A stretch of DNA of 25,286 nt from Candidatus Zixiibacteriota bacterium (GTDB taxonomy: Bacteria; Zixibacteria; MSB-5A5; WJJR01): assembly GCA_036170655.1 (NCBI GenBank), contig JAVHPP010000179.1, forward strand, positions 1 through 25,286. Reading direction: 5' to 3'. Both the position numbers and the translations under genes were made by a program. Every line of letters starts with the position of its first letter. Position 1 is the first letter of the stretch. The notes beneath the pieces were generated by a model, which was given only the letters and a program-made list of their open reading frames with translations, had not been told where the DNA came from and made no database searches. Shown one piece after another: positions 15,763 through 25,286 of the stretch.

Positions 15763-16533
15763 TTAGTTTGTGTCAGCATGAGTAACGGCTGGAAGGGAAA
15801 CTCGTTTCTTTGTCTGCCCGTCGCTGGCATCCCCGGTCCCGGGTTGTACCTCATCAATCAGGGCGGGGCGGAAGCGAAGAGTTGTCTCGCGCGCCTTCTG
15901 ATCCCGCCATGCGGTGACGTTTGCATGATGACCGGACACAAGCACATCAGGGACTTCCAATCCACGCCAGTTTTGCGGGCGGGTGTAGTGGGGCGGACCG
16001 AGTCCACGGCGGACAAAGGAATCACCGCGGCCCGATTCCTCGTTGCCAAGAAAACCGGGCAGGTGTCGCGCCACTGCATCAACAATCACCATGGCGGGCA
16101 GTTCACCGCCGGAAAGAATATAATCGCCGATACACAGCCGTCGCGGACGAAAGTGGTCGTAAATCCTTTCATCGACCCCGGTATAGCGCCCGCAGACAAA
16201 GACCAAGACCATCTGGGCCGACAGTTCTTCGGCAACGGTTTGGTCAAACAGGTCACCGCGTGGCGTGGGAATGATGATCACCGGTGATTCGGCCTGGGTG
16301 ATGGAAGACGAAACCGACTCGATGGCGCGTGCCACCGGCTCCACCTTGAGAATCATCCCGCCGCCGCCGCCGTAGGGCGTGTCGTCAAGCGTCTGGTGCG
16401 GATCATCAGCAAAGTCCCGCAGGTTGCGAACATTGATCCGCAGGATTCCCTGGGCAATGGCGCGCGCCATCATTGATTCCCCCAAGAATCCGTCAAACAT
16501 GCCCGGAAAGGCGGTAAAGATCTCGACTCTCAT
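15763..16533 (-). CDS. trmD: tRNA (guanine37-N1)-methyltransferase
   Basis: DDTPYGGGGGM, CGRYTGVDER, IGDYILSGGELPAM, DSF, YTRP, VPDVLVSGHH. Start ATG 16533, or 16569 coupled to the rimM stop. Confidence 0.97.
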   Translation of the reverse strand: MRVEIFTAFPGMFDGFLGESMMARAIAQGILRINVRNLRDFADDPHQTLDDTPYGGGGGMILKVEPVARAIESVSSSITQAESPVIIIPTPRGDLFDQTVAEELSAQMVLVFVCGRYTGVDERIYDHFRPRRLCIGDYILSGGELPAMVIVDAVARHLPGFLGNEESGRGDSFVRRGLGPPHYTRPQNWRGLEVPDVLVSGHHANVTAWRDQKARETTLRFRPALIDEVQPGTGDASDGQTKKRVSLPAVTHADTN

Positions 16534-16565
16534 GACAGCGCCTGCAATCAGACCGGAATCTTCCG

Positions 16566-17078
16566 TCATTCGAGCAACCCCGGTATCGGTTCGATGGTCA
16601 TCTGGCCGGATCCCAGATCGATGCTTCTGACAATCTGTTCGGTGGCTGGAATCAGGTGTTCTTTGTCCCCATTACGAACAGCATAGACATCATTCGCCGG
16701 TCCATCGATGATTGATTCAACGGTACCCACAATTTCACCACCCGTCGTCACGACGCTCAGACCGATGATCTGGTCATAGAAGTACTGTCCCTCAGGCAAC
16801 TCGATACGTTCCGACGCGTCGATCTCGAGTTCTCCGCCAACCCATGGGCGGACGTCTTCAGGGCTGGTAATCTCCCCTGTCTGGATAATGACGTTTCCCG
16901 CAGCCGCACGGACTTCGGTGACAGTCACCGCGAGGGTCTTAGGCCCGCGGGTCAGCACAACGTCATGCAGCCGGGAAAAGCGCTCGACGTCTTCGGCATA
17001 AGGCCGCACACGAAATGCCCCGGCCACCCCATGCGCACGGCCGATCCGTCCCAGTTGCACGCGGTCCTGCTTCACCAT
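16566..17078 (-). CDS. rimM: Ribosome maturation factor RimM
   Basis: LGRIGRAHGVAG, YFYDQIIGL, ANDVY, LIPA, IPGLLE; between rpsP and trmD. Confidence 0.96.
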   Translation of the reverse strand: MVKQDRVQLGRIGRAHGVAGAFRVRPYAEDVERFSRLHDVVLTRGPKTLAVTVTEVRAAAGNVIIQTGEITSPEDVRPWVGGELEIDASERIELPEGQYFYDQIIGLSVVTTGGEIVGTVESIIDGPANDVYAVRNGDKEHLIPATEQIVRSIDLGSGQMTIEPIPGLLE

Positions 17079-17116
17079 ACGATTCGATCACTCCCGTTCC
17101 CCGATTCTCTGCGGGA

Positions 17117-17512
17117 TCAGGCGGCAGGCGGCGCCTCCGGGGCACCAGCCGCTGCCTTTTCTGTCATACGTGCACGCGCCTTGGCCTTGACCTTGTGCGG
17201 ACGCTCTGTAATGGTCTCTGCCAGCGTCATCGAGGAGATATCTTCCCCTTTCTGCGCCTTTTCCCAGATCACCGAGAGCCCGGTATGCTTGAACAACGCC
17301 GCGACCGTATCCGAGGGCGTGGCGCCCCGCTGAAGCCAGGCGATGGTTTTGGGCAGATCGAGCTTCACCTTGGCGGGCTTGTTCAGCGGACGGTACCATC
17401 CCAGGATTTCCAGAAACCGGCCGTCGCGGGGCATACGCGAGTCGGTCGCCACGAAACGAAACATCGGCTGTTTCTTCTTGCCGGTCCTGCGCAGACGGAT
17501 CTTGACAGACAC
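17117..17512 (-). CDS. rpsP: 30S ribosomal protein S16 with C-terminal extension
   Basis: VKIRLRRTGKKKQP, DSRMPRDGRFLEILGWY, WLQRGATPSDTV; GTG start with SD AAGGAGG. Confidence 0.98.
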   Translation of the reverse strand: MSVKIRLRRTGKKKQPMFRFVATDSRMPRDGRFLEILGWYRPLNKPAKVKLDLPKTIAWLQRGATPSDTVAALFKHTGLSVIWEKAQKGEDISSMTLAETITERPHKVKAKARARMTEKAAAGAPEAPPAA

Positions 17513-17597
17513 AACTTACCTCCTTTGAAAACACATGATTTCAGTAGATGCTACGGACCATCTCGACAAAGCGTTTCTCATCTCTTGCAAGACCCCG

Positions 17598-18917
17598 TCA
17601 GAAGGGCATGGGCAACCGAGGCATCCCCTTCAGTCCACCCTTGCCCATCGTTTTGATCATTTTTTGCATGGCAGCAAACTGTTTGAGCAGCCGGTTCACA
17701 TCCTGCACCGTATTGCCGCTTCCCTTGGCGACACGCAGCCGTCGTGATCCATTGATGAGCTCCGGGCGTCGTCTTTCCTCTCCGGTCATCGAGAGGATCA
17801 TCGCCTCCATGCGCTTCTGCGAGCGCTCGTCGATCGTCAGTCCTTTGATCTTCGACATTCCCGGAATCATGCCCAGAACGGATTCGAGCGGCCCCATCTT
17901 CTTCAGTTGCTGCAACTGATCGTAGAAGTCCTGCAGATCAAACTGGGCTTTGCGGAATTTTTCTTCCCATTGCTCCGCCTGCCGCTGGTCGATAGTATCC
18001 TGGGCCTTTTCCACAAGGCTGACGACATCGCCCATCCCGAGAATCCGCGACGCCATCCGGTCGGGGTGAAACGGCTCGAGGTTCTCGATCTTCTCCCCCG
18101 TCCCAACAAACAGAATGGGAACACCGGTGACCTTGACCACAGAGAGCGTGGCGCCACCCCGGGCATCGCCGTCGATCTTGGTAAAAACGATACCGTCAAT
18201 CCCCACACGTTCGGCAAACGCCGTCGCGGATGTTACGGCATCCTGTCCGGTCATGGCATCAGCCACGAAGAAAGTCTCCGTGGGATGTAGGCGATTCTTG
18301 ATGGCGGCAACTTCGGTCATCAGCTCATCGTCGACATGCAGCCGCCCTGCTGTATCCAGTATCACGAGGTCCGCGCCCGCGCGCGTCGCCGCATCCAAGC
18401 CGGCAACAGCGACATCTTCTGGGGACCCACCGCCAGAATGGACCGGAATCCCGAGCTGACGGCCAAGAGTACACAACTGCTCGATGGCGGCCGGACGGGC
18501 CAGATCGGCCGCGATCAGGAATGGCCGCCGTCCCGCCTTCGCAAAGCGCCCCGCCAGCTTGGCGCAGGTCGTCGTCTTGCCGGATCCCTGCAACCCGATC
18601 AGCATCCAGACCGTCGGAGCGGGTGGCTTGGCGAATCGCACCGGACGATGCTGGCCACCGAGCAGATCGACGAGCCGGTCGTAAATAATCTTGATGATCT
18701 GCTGTCCCGGTGAGATCGATTGCAAGACTTTCTCACCCAGACTCTCTTTCTCAACGCCATCCAGGAAGCTCTTGACGACTTTGTAATTGACATCCGCTTC
18801 GAGCAGCGCCCGACGCACCTGTTTGAGCGCATCTTGTACGTTGGACTCGGTGATCTTCCCGTGTCCACGCAGTGTCTTGAAGACGTTTTCGAAGCGTTCT
18901 GTCAGATTTGAAAACAT
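17598..18917 (-). CDS. ffh: Signal recognition particle protein Ffh
   Basis: ALLEADV, GLQGSGKTT, DTAGR, TKIDGDARGG, RILGMGD, Met-rich M domain with SRRLRVAKGSG. Confidence 0.98.
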   Translation of the reverse strand: MFSNLTERFENVFKTLRGHGKITESNVQDALKQVRRALLEADVNYKVVKSFLDGVEKESLGEKVLQSISPGQQIIKIIYDRLVDLLGGQHRPVRFAKPPAPTVWMLIGLQGSGKTTTCAKLAGRFAKAGRRPFLIAADLARPAAIEQLCTLGRQLGIPVHSGGGSPEDVAVAGLDAATRAGADLVILDTAGRLHVDDELMTEVAAIKNRLHPTETFFVADAMTGQDAVTSATAFAERVGIDGIVFTKIDGDARGGATLSVVKVTGVPILFVGTGEKIENLEPFHPDRMASRILGMGDVVSLVEKAQDTIDQRQAEQWEEKFRKAQFDLQDFYDQLQQLKKMGPLESVLGMIPGMSKIKGLTIDERSQKRMEAMILSMTGEERRRPELINGSRRLRVAKGSGNTVQDVNRLLKQFAAMQKMIKTMGKGGLKGMPRLPMPF

Positions 18918-19012
18918 GCTCTACCGCTCTCGCTGCCCAACGGTTTGACCATCGGTCGGCCAAGAAATCCCAAATTCACGCCAAGTGTTTCCTTGATTTG
19001 GCGCAAACACTA

Positions 19013-19040
19013 AACATACTCTCTTTCTGCACGAATTCAA
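19013..19040 (-). promoter_or_regulatory. Candidate sigma70 promoter for the ffh-rpsP-rimM-trmD-rplS operon
   Basis: TTGAAT (19040-19035)-N16-TATGTT (19018-19013) in an AT-richer 250-bp spacer. Confidence 0.4.
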
Positions 19041-19167
19041 TGCGAAAACATTGTGGCGCATTCGTGGCGACATTACCCGGTTGAGCAGAAAGTGCCGGAC
19101 ATCAGCGCGCCCAGTTCGTCCATATCTCATTGCGGTTTAATGCATTACAGTAACTCACGAGGTCAAT

Positions 19168-19935
19168 TCACCGGTCCCGCGAGATTACGAAATCGATCTC
19201 GGCGCCCTCGGTGAGACCCTCACCAGGAGCAAAGGATTGAGATACGATGGTACCGGGGAGCAAAGTCGTGTCGAAACGGCGTTCGATCGAGCCAACAAGC
19301 AGGCCCCGTTGCCGAAGGGTGTCACGCGCTTCCTCGATATTCAACCCAATCAGATTCGGGCAGTACGGTATGGCAGATTCGGGGGCGTGATTGACCAGCA
19401 GATTGACGGCACCCCCTTTCGTCAGACTGCTCCCGGAACTTGGTATCGTTCCCACAATAGCGCCGTCCGGCAGGGCATCATCATACGCAACCGCAGTTCC
19501 TCCGACCGTCAAACCAACCTGCTCGAGCATCAACTCCGCCTGACGTATGCTTTCGCCCCGGACTCGCGGGACATCGATCAGTTCAGAACCACGGGAAAGC
19601 ACAACACTGAAAGTCCGCCCGATCTTGATTGGCGCCCCCGCGGGAGGACGCTGCTCGAGGACCGTCCCGTCGGGACGGTCCGCAGAGAACCGTCGTTCTG
19701 CGACCTTTACGAAGGACCTGTTTCCCGTGGCGGTCGACTGTGCCGCAGCAAGTGATAACCCCGTGAGAGTAGGCGCCGGGAATTCCATGCCGTGACGTGT
19801 CCACAGGGGCATGATAAGATAGTCAACCAGACCAATGATGCCCGCGACGACCACTATCGGTGCCACGCACCAGATCAACAGGCGTCGCAGCGGGACTCGG
19901 CGATCGGGGATGGCCGGTTCGGAGGGATCAGTCAT
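19168..19935 (-). CDS. Membrane-anchored protein with three PASTA domains and no kinase domain
   Basis: Short N-terminus, TM helix LLIWCVAPIVVVAGIIGLVDYLI, three repeats starting APTLTGLS, VPRVRGES and CPNLIGLN. ATG 19935 overlaps the rsmB stop (ATGA). Confidence 0.9.
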   Translation of the reverse strand: MTDPSEPAIPDRRVPLRRLLIWCVAPIVVVAGIIGLVDYLIMPLWTRHGMEFPAPTLTGLSLAAAQSTATGNRSFVKVAERRFSADRPDGTVLEQRPPAGAPIKIGRTFSVVLSRGSELIDVPRVRGESIRQAELMLEQVGLTVGGTAVAYDDALPDGAIVGTIPSSGSSLTKGGAVNLLVNHAPESAIPYCPNLIGLNIEEARDTLRQRGLLVGSIERRFDTTLLPGTIVSQSFAPGEGLTEGAEIDFVISRDR

Positions 19936-21344
19936 GCCGGCTCCCGCTTGCAAAAGCGTGCGGCGAAAACGCCATCCAGACCGTCCTGAGGTGGTTGCGT
20001 CGCCACGAAACCTTCGGGGGTCACATAGCGCCGCGGAACCAGGCCGGCCGCGGATTCAAGAATGAATGACGGATTGGCTTCAAGGAATGCCCGCACAACA
20101 TCTTCGTTTTCCTGCCGCGTCAATGTGCAGGTTGCGTACACGAGAATGCCACCCGGTGCCACGTGCGTGGCGGCGACGTTGATCCAGATCCTCTGCGAAC
20201 GCGCGAGGCGGGCAATATCTTCCGGCGTCTTGGTCCAGCGGACCTCTGGGTTCTTGGGCAGGGTGCCGAGGGCCGAACAGGGGACATCGGCCAAGACACG
20301 TGCAGCGGTCCGATCTCCCAACGTGGCCATGTCGGCTTCAATGGGGAGGATGTTCACGGCCTCGAAACGTTCCTTGTTCTCGCGCAGCCGTTTCAGCCGC
20401 TCGGGATTCTTGTCGACGGCCAGCACTTGTCCGGCCGGACCAACCTTCTCCGCCATGATTAGCGACTTTCCTCCCGGAGCGGCGAATAGATCGATGACGA
20501 TGTCACCGGGCTGCGGGTCCAGTAGCGCGACAACGAGTCCCGACGCGGGATTCTGCACCCATCCGAGCGGTTCCTTGTAAAGCGGCGAATCGGCAGCAAG
20601 GGCAGCGGTTTCCACAGCAGTGTACTCCGGGAACTCATGATGGGGACGGGCCGGAGACAGATGGATCTCCTGCAAGAGCGCATTGACACGCTCCAGTCCG
20701 CCACGGCCGCTCGCCAAACGGAAGTAATAATGTGGCGGGGCATTCGCCCACCGCGTGATGCGCTCTGCGGCGTCATGTCCAAATCGCTCAAGGAGCAGGT
20801 TCACCAGCCAGTCGGGCATCGAAAGCTGTTCACCCAGACTGAGCGATGGCTGCGCGGTGTCCGTTTGCTGAGTCAGCGCCTCTTTCTCGCGCGCGGCACG
20901 CCGAAGAACCGCGTTCACCAGTCCGGCGATACCCTGATGCGACGCCACCTTGGCGGCATCGACTGCGGTGGACACAGCCGCATGGGGGGGGATGCGATCA
21001 CAATCGAGAATCTGGAAGAGGCCGAACCGGAGAATCCACTGCACGGCTGGATTGAGCCCTTCAGACTTTCCTCCGGTGAGTTCCCGCGCCTGCGCATCAA
21101 GACGGCGGTACTGCCGCAGGACACCGGAAGCCAGATGAATCGCCAGCGCGCGATCACGCGGCGTCAATCCTGCCAGACCCGGATGACACTTCCAGATCTG
21201 TTCGAATCGTGCTTCACCGCGAAACGCCTGTGTGGCCAGGTCATAGGCAACCGCACGCGCATTCCCCTGTCCAAACGGATTGACTGCTGGGGATGGACGC
21301 GGTGCGTGCCCGCGAAGACGATGTGGATTCGGTTGCATATTCAC
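19932..21344 (-). CDS. rsmB: 16S rRNA m5C967 methyltransferase RsmB (Sun)
   Basis: NusB-like N-domain (IPPHAAVSTAV, GLVNAVLR), SAM motif DLFAAPGGKS, catalytic Cys motifs DVPCS and YATCT, ENE, DGVF. Start uncertain. Confidence 0.95.
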   Translation of the reverse strand: MNMQPNPHRLRGHAPRPSPAVNPFGQGNARAVAYDLATQAFRGEARFEQIWKCHPGLAGLTPRDRALAIHLASGVLRQYRRLDAQARELTGGKSEGLNPAVQWILRFGLFQILDCDRIPPHAAVSTAVDAAKVASHQGIAGLVNAVLRRAAREKEALTQQTDTAQPSLSLGEQLSMPDWLVNLLLERFGHDAAERITRWANAPPHYYFRLASGRGGLERVNALLQEIHLSPARPHHEFPEYTAVETAALAADSPLYKEPLGWVQNPASGLVVALLDPQPGDIVIDLFAAPGGKSLIMAEKVGPAGQVLAVDKNPERLKRLRENKERFEAVNILPIEADMATLGDRTAARVLADVPCSALGTLPKNPEVRWTKTPEDIARLARSQRIWINVAATHVAPGGILVYATCTLTRQENEDVVRAFLEANPSFILESAAGLVPRRYVTPEGFVATQPPQDGLDGVFAARFCKREPA

Positions 21345-21430
21345 TCAGGTGCGTCAGGGGACGTCACTTCCCCAAGCATCATACGGCAAAGTGAGCGCAT
21401 TTGATCCACACGAACAAGCACAGAATGACG

Positions 21431-23128
21431 TCAGGTCAGCCCGGGAAGATTGATACCATGTTGGTTGGCACAGGTGATGGCATCCTCATATCCCGCATCG
21501 GCATGGCGCATGACGCCGGTTCCCGGATCATTTACCAGAACGCGCGCGATCCGTCCTGCGGCATCATCGCTGCCATCCGCGACGACAACCATACCGGCAT
21601 GGATTGAAAGACCCATGCCGACCCCGCCACCTTGATGGATCGACACCCATCCGGCGCCGGAGACGGCGTTCAACAGCCCGTTCAAGAGCGGCCAATCTGC
21701 GACCGCATCCGATGTGTCCTTCATCGCTTCCGTCTCGCGGTTGGGGGACGCGACCGATCCACAGTCGAGGTGATCCCGGCCAATAACAATAGGCGCTGAG
21801 ATCCTGCCCTGCTTGACCAGATTGTTGATGATCAGGCCAAAGCGGTCGCGTTCACCATATCCCAGCCAGCAGATTCGCGCTGGCAGGCCCTGGAATCTGA
21901 CCTTCTCTGATGCCAACCGAATCCACCGGCATAGCGGCTCGTTGTCCGAAAACTCGTCAATGATCACCCGGTCGGTGACGGCAATGTCATGGGGGTCGCC
22001 GGAAAGAGCTACCCAGCGGAACGGACCTTTGCCGAGACAGAACAGAGGTCGTATGTAGGCGGGGACAAATCCCGGGTACGTGAACGCGTCGACGAAACCC
22101 GCTTTTTTCGCCTGCCCGCGGAGATTGTTACCATAGTCAAAGGCAATGGCTCCCGCCTTCTGCATCGCCACAATCGCCTCGCAATGGCAAGCCATCGAAG
22201 CAAAGGATCGTTTGATGTAGTCCGCCGGATCCTCGCTTCGCAACCGCAACGCCTCTTCGAAAGGCATCCCGGCAGGGACATACCCATTCAGTTCATCGTG
22301 AGCAGAAGTCTGATCCGTGACGATGTCCGGGATCTCTCCCTGTGAGACAAGAACCGGCAGGACATCGGCAGAGTTGCCCACCAGTCCAATTGACAGAGGT
22401 TGTTTCGATTTAACCGCATCTCTGACCCACCGCAGCGCCTCGTCCAGAGACGTCGTCTTGCGATCACAATAGGCGTTTGCCAAGCGGCGGTCGATGCGGG
22501 CTGGATCGACCTCCACAATCAATGCGACACCGCCGTTGAGGGTGACTGCCAGGGGCTGCGCGCCACCCATTCCGCCCATGCCGCCGGAAAGTACCCATCG
22601 GCCGGAGAGGTCGCCGCCAAAATGACGGGAAGCGACCGCCGCCAGTGTCTCGTAGGTCCCCTGCAGAATGCCCTGAGTGCCGATGTAGATCCATGATCCC
22701 GCGGTCATCTGGCCATACATCATCAAGCCAAGCGCATCCAGCCGCCGGAACTCCTCCCAGTTGGCCCACTGCCCCACGAGATTGGAGTTGGCGATCAGAA
22801 CACGGGGCGCCGAAGGTTGTGTCTTGAAAATGCCGACAGGTTTCCCTGACTGCACGAGAAGTGTCTCGTCGTTCTCCAGTTGCTTCAGACTGGTGACAAT
22901 GCGCTGGAAACAGTCCCAATTCCGCGCTGCTTTGCCCGATCCGCCGTAGATGATCAATTGTTCGGGAAGTTCCGCCACCTCCGGATCGAGGTTGTTGCAG
23001 AGCATGCGCAGCGCCGCTTCCTGGATCCATCCTTTGCAGGTGCGCTGATTCCCTCGCGGAGCGCGAACTGGCGTGTAAGCGGGTTGCGTTTTGGCACCAC
23101 TTGAATCACGTGTGCGGATGGCTTCCAT
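21431..23128 (-). CDS. hutU: Urocanate hydratase
   Basis: [84 protein letters not shown]. Start ATG 23128. Confidence 0.98.
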   Translation of the reverse strand: MEAIRTRDSSGAKTQPAYTPVRAPRGNQRTCKGWIQEAALRMLCNNLDPEVAELPEQLIIYGGSGKAARNWDCFQRIVTSLKQLENDETLLVQSGKPVGIFKTQPSAPRVLIANSNLVGQWANWEEFRRLDALGLMMYGQMTAGSWIYIGTQGILQGTYETLAAVASRHFGGDLSGRWVLSGGMGGMGGAQPLAVTLNGGVALIVEVDPARIDRRLANAYCDRKTTSLDEALRWVRDAVKSKQPLSIGLVGNSADVLPVLVSQGEIPDIVTDQTSAHDELNGYVPAGMPFEEALRLRSEDPADYIKRSFASMACHCEAIVAMQKAGAIAFDYGNNLRGQAKKAGFVDAFTYPGFVPAYIRPLFCLGKGPFRWVALSGDPHDIAVTDRVIIDEFSDNEPLCRWIRLASEKVRFQGLPARICWLGYGERDRFGLIINNLVKQGRISAPIVIGRDHLDCGSVASPNRETEAMKDTSDAVADWPLLNGLLNAVSGAGWVSIHQGGGVGMGLSIHAGMVVVADGSDDAAGRIARVLVNDPGTGVMRHADAGYEDAITCANQHGINLPGLT

Positions 23129-23156
23129 GGAGCATCTCTCTCTCAGGAGAAAGGCG

Positions 23157-25286
23157 TTATGCAACCTTGGTTACAACCTTTTGCTGGTCCATGAGCGATG
23201 ACAGGCACTGCTGGTGCAGCACACGTAGTTCGGCCATGGACTCGTTGATGAACGGCCGCAGAATGAAACGGTCACTGTCGGTCACGCAGCCGACGACCTT
23301 GAACGGGACCGCCGCACGCGCGGCGGCACCGGCCAGCGCGGCCTGATCACCCGAATCGAAGGAAATCACAATACGTGACTGGCTTTCCCCAAAGAGCAGC
23401 GCACTGGGACGCAAAGCGATCCCATCAACGCTGGCGTCGATGCCCCAGCAATGCGCGTCGTCATCGATGCATGATTCAAATAAGGCCACGGCCAGACCGC
23501 CATCGGAACAATCATGGGCGGAGCGTATCCAGCCGGCGCGGATGACCTTCAGGAGGTACTGTTGCGTGCGGCGTTCGAGCGCCAGATCCAGAACCGGGAT
23601 GTCGCCGGTGACCAGTCCGTGAATGGTTCTCAGATATTCTGTCCCGCCGATTTCGTCTTTGGTCTCGCCGAGAATGGCGATGCAGTCTCCCGCGTTACGA
23701 AAACGGCCGGTCGTTATCAGAGCCAGATCCTCGATCTTTCCAATCATACCGATCGTGGGTGTAGGATAGACGGCGCGTTCAGCGTCCTCATTGTAGAAAC
23801 TGACATTCCCGCCGGTGACAGGCGTCTCGAAAAACCGGCACGCCTCGCCCATCCCTCGGACACATTCCGCGAAGTGGTAGTACATTTCCGGCTTGTAGGG
23901 ATTGCCAAAGTTCAGACAGTTGGTGATGGCCAGAGGCCGGGCGCCCACGCAGACGAGATTGCGCGCCGCCTCGGCGACTGCGATCTGTGCACCGCGCCGG
24001 GGGTTCAGATAACAGTAGCGGCCGTTGCCGTCGGTGACAGCCGCGAGCGCCGTGCTGGTCTTGCGAATGCGCACGACACCGGCATCCATCCCCGGTCCCA
24101 TCGTGGTGCAGGTGCGCACACTGGTATCGTACTGGCGATAGACCCACGCCTTGTCCGCTAGATTCGGCGAACTGAGCAGCGTGCGCAGGACAGTTCCCAT
24201 GCTGGGGGGAACCGGCACGCTCGCCAGATCAAATGTACGCGCCTCATCGAGGTAGGCGGGGCGACACTCGGCGCGTTTGTATTGCGGCGTCCGTCCGCCC
24301 AAAGCGAGCGCATCCGCCGGAATGTCGGCCTTGGGCTCGCCATTGTGTTCGACAACCAGACGTCCACCCTCGATGACCTCGCCAATAACAGCGGCATCGA
24401 GTTGCCACTTGGCAAAGATCGCTCGCACGCTGTCCTCGCATCCGGGCTTGACGATGACGAGCATGCGCTCCTGAGATTCGGACAGCAGAATCTCGTACGG
24501 CGTCATACCCGTTTCCCGCACCGGCACACGACCGGTGTCGATGCGCATGCCATGTCCGCCCCGGAAGGCGGTCTCGGAACAAGAACACGTGATCCCGGCC
24601 GCACCCATGTCCTGTATGCCCACCAGCAAGTCGGCATCGATCATTTCAAGCGTTGCTTCAAGGAGGAGTTTCTCAGTGAACGGATCGCCAATCTGAACCG
24701 AAGGACGCCGCGCCGCAGATGCCGCCGAGAGTTCCTCGGAGGCAAATGTAGCGCCATGGATGCCATCGCGCCCGGTCTTCGATCCCACGACGAACACCGG
24801 CGCCCCGACGATGGAGGCAACGGCCCGCGCGATCTTGTCGGTGCGGACCAGGCCGATGGCCATGGGGTTCACCAGTGGGTTGCCGGTATAGGCGTCTTCG
24901 AACACGATCTCACCACCGACGTTGGGCACGCCGAAGCAGTTGCCATAATCGCCAACGCCACGGACGATGCCGTCGATCAAGTACCTGACACGCGGGTTGT
25001 TCGGGTCACCAAAACGGAGAGAATCCAAGATCGCGATGGGCCGCGCACCCATCGTGAAGATGTCGCGCAAGATGCCACCGACTCCTGTCGCTGCACCCTG
25101 GTATGGCTCAACGGCCGACGGATGGTTGTGCGATTCGATCTTGAAAACGACGGCCCAGCCATCGCCCCAGTCGACCACACCGGCATTCTCCTCCCCCGCC
25201 TTAGCGAGCATCATCGGACCTTCGCGCGGCAGCGTCTTAAGCAGAACAATCGAGTTCTTGTAGGAGCAGTGCTCCGACCACATCAC
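23157..25286 (-). CDS. purL: Phosphoribosylformylglycinamidine synthase subunit PurL (small type), 5'-truncated
   Basis: [62 protein letters not shown]. No fused glutaminase domain; the start lies beyond the window. Confidence 0.98.
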   Translation of the reverse strand: MMWSEHCSYKNSIVLLKTLPREGPMMLAKAGEENAGVVDWGDGWAVVFKIESHNHPSAVEPYQGAATGVGGILRDIFTMGARPIAILDSLRFGDPNNPRVRYLIDGIVRGVGDYGNCFGVPNVGGEIVFEDAYTGNPLVNPMAIGLVRTDKIARAVASIVGAPVFVVGSKTGRDGIHGATFASEELSAASAARRPSVQIGDPFTEKLLLEATLEMIDADLLVGIQDMGAAGITCSCSETAFRGGHGMRIDTGRVPVRETGMTPYEILLSESQERMLVIVKPGCEDSVRAIFAKWQLDAAVIGEVIEGGRLVVEHNGEPKADIPADALALGGRTPQYKRAECRPAYLDEARTFDLASVPVPPSMGTVLRTLLSSPNLADKAWVYRQYDTSVRTCTTMGPGMDAGVVRIRKTSTALAAVTDGNGRYCYLNPRRGAQIAVAEAARNLVCVGARPLAITNCLNFGNPYKPEMYYHFAECVRGMGEACRFFETPVTGGNVSFYNEDAERAVYPTPTIGMIGKIEDLALITTGRFRNAGDCIAILGETKDEIGGTEYLRTIHGLVTGDIPVLDLALERRTQQYLLKVIRAGWIRSAHDCSDGGLAVALFESCIDDDAHCWGIDASVDGIALRPSALLFGESQSRIVISFDSGDQAALAGAAARAAVPFKVVGCVTDSDRFILRPFINESMAELRVLHQQCLSSLMDQQKVVTKVA

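Noticed and set aside
17117..17270. Long Ala/Lys-rich C-terminal tail on S16
   Set aside because: S16 tails are common in several phyla (FCB group, Actinobacteria, Alphaproteobacteria); not novel.
18918..19167. SRP (4.5S) RNA upstream of ffh
   Set aside because: AGGAA occurs, but the conserved domain IV pattern (CAGG...GNRA...AGCA) was not found on either strand.
1..25286. CRISPR arrays, tRNA/rRNA, IS elements, defence or retron systems
   Set aside because: No regularly spaced repeats, cloverleaf motifs, transposases or polymerase-type reverse transcriptase motifs seen; all spacers are 250 bp or less. The RVT_3-like gene is an RNase H fold, not a reverse transcriptase.

Overview
GC-rich bacterial chromosomal window, almost entirely housekeeping and mostly on the minus strand. 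In transcription order (right to left): purL (5'-truncated), hutU, rsmB, kinase-less PASTA protein, ffh-rpsP-rimM-trmD-rplS-rnhB-yraN; a plus-strand pair (rqcH/NFACT and a small membrane protein) divergent from yicC-gmk-rpoZ; topA, xerC-hslV-hslU-argF, an uncharacterised lipoprotein, a PaaI thioesterase, a degenerate RNase HI-like protein, and a secreted beta-rich protein that runs off the left edge and is missing from the ORF track. The S16 tail, SLRTR-type OTCase and DUF4296-like protein suggest an FCB-group or similar diderm lineage (inference only). I see no rRNA, tRNA, CRISPR array, IS, prophage or defence system, and no clear-cut new multi-gene system. Best leads: (1) an RNase H-fold protein lacking two of four catalytic acids, behind a candidate sigma54 promoter with an IHF-consensus site and repeats; (2) an RqcH with a replaced EIM motif, head-to-head with the ribonuclease gene yicC; (3) unusually cationic enzymes (Gmk, ArgF N-terminal arm); (4) yraN separated from comM-dprA, and a lone hutU. 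All family calls are motif recognition by eye, not database searches.
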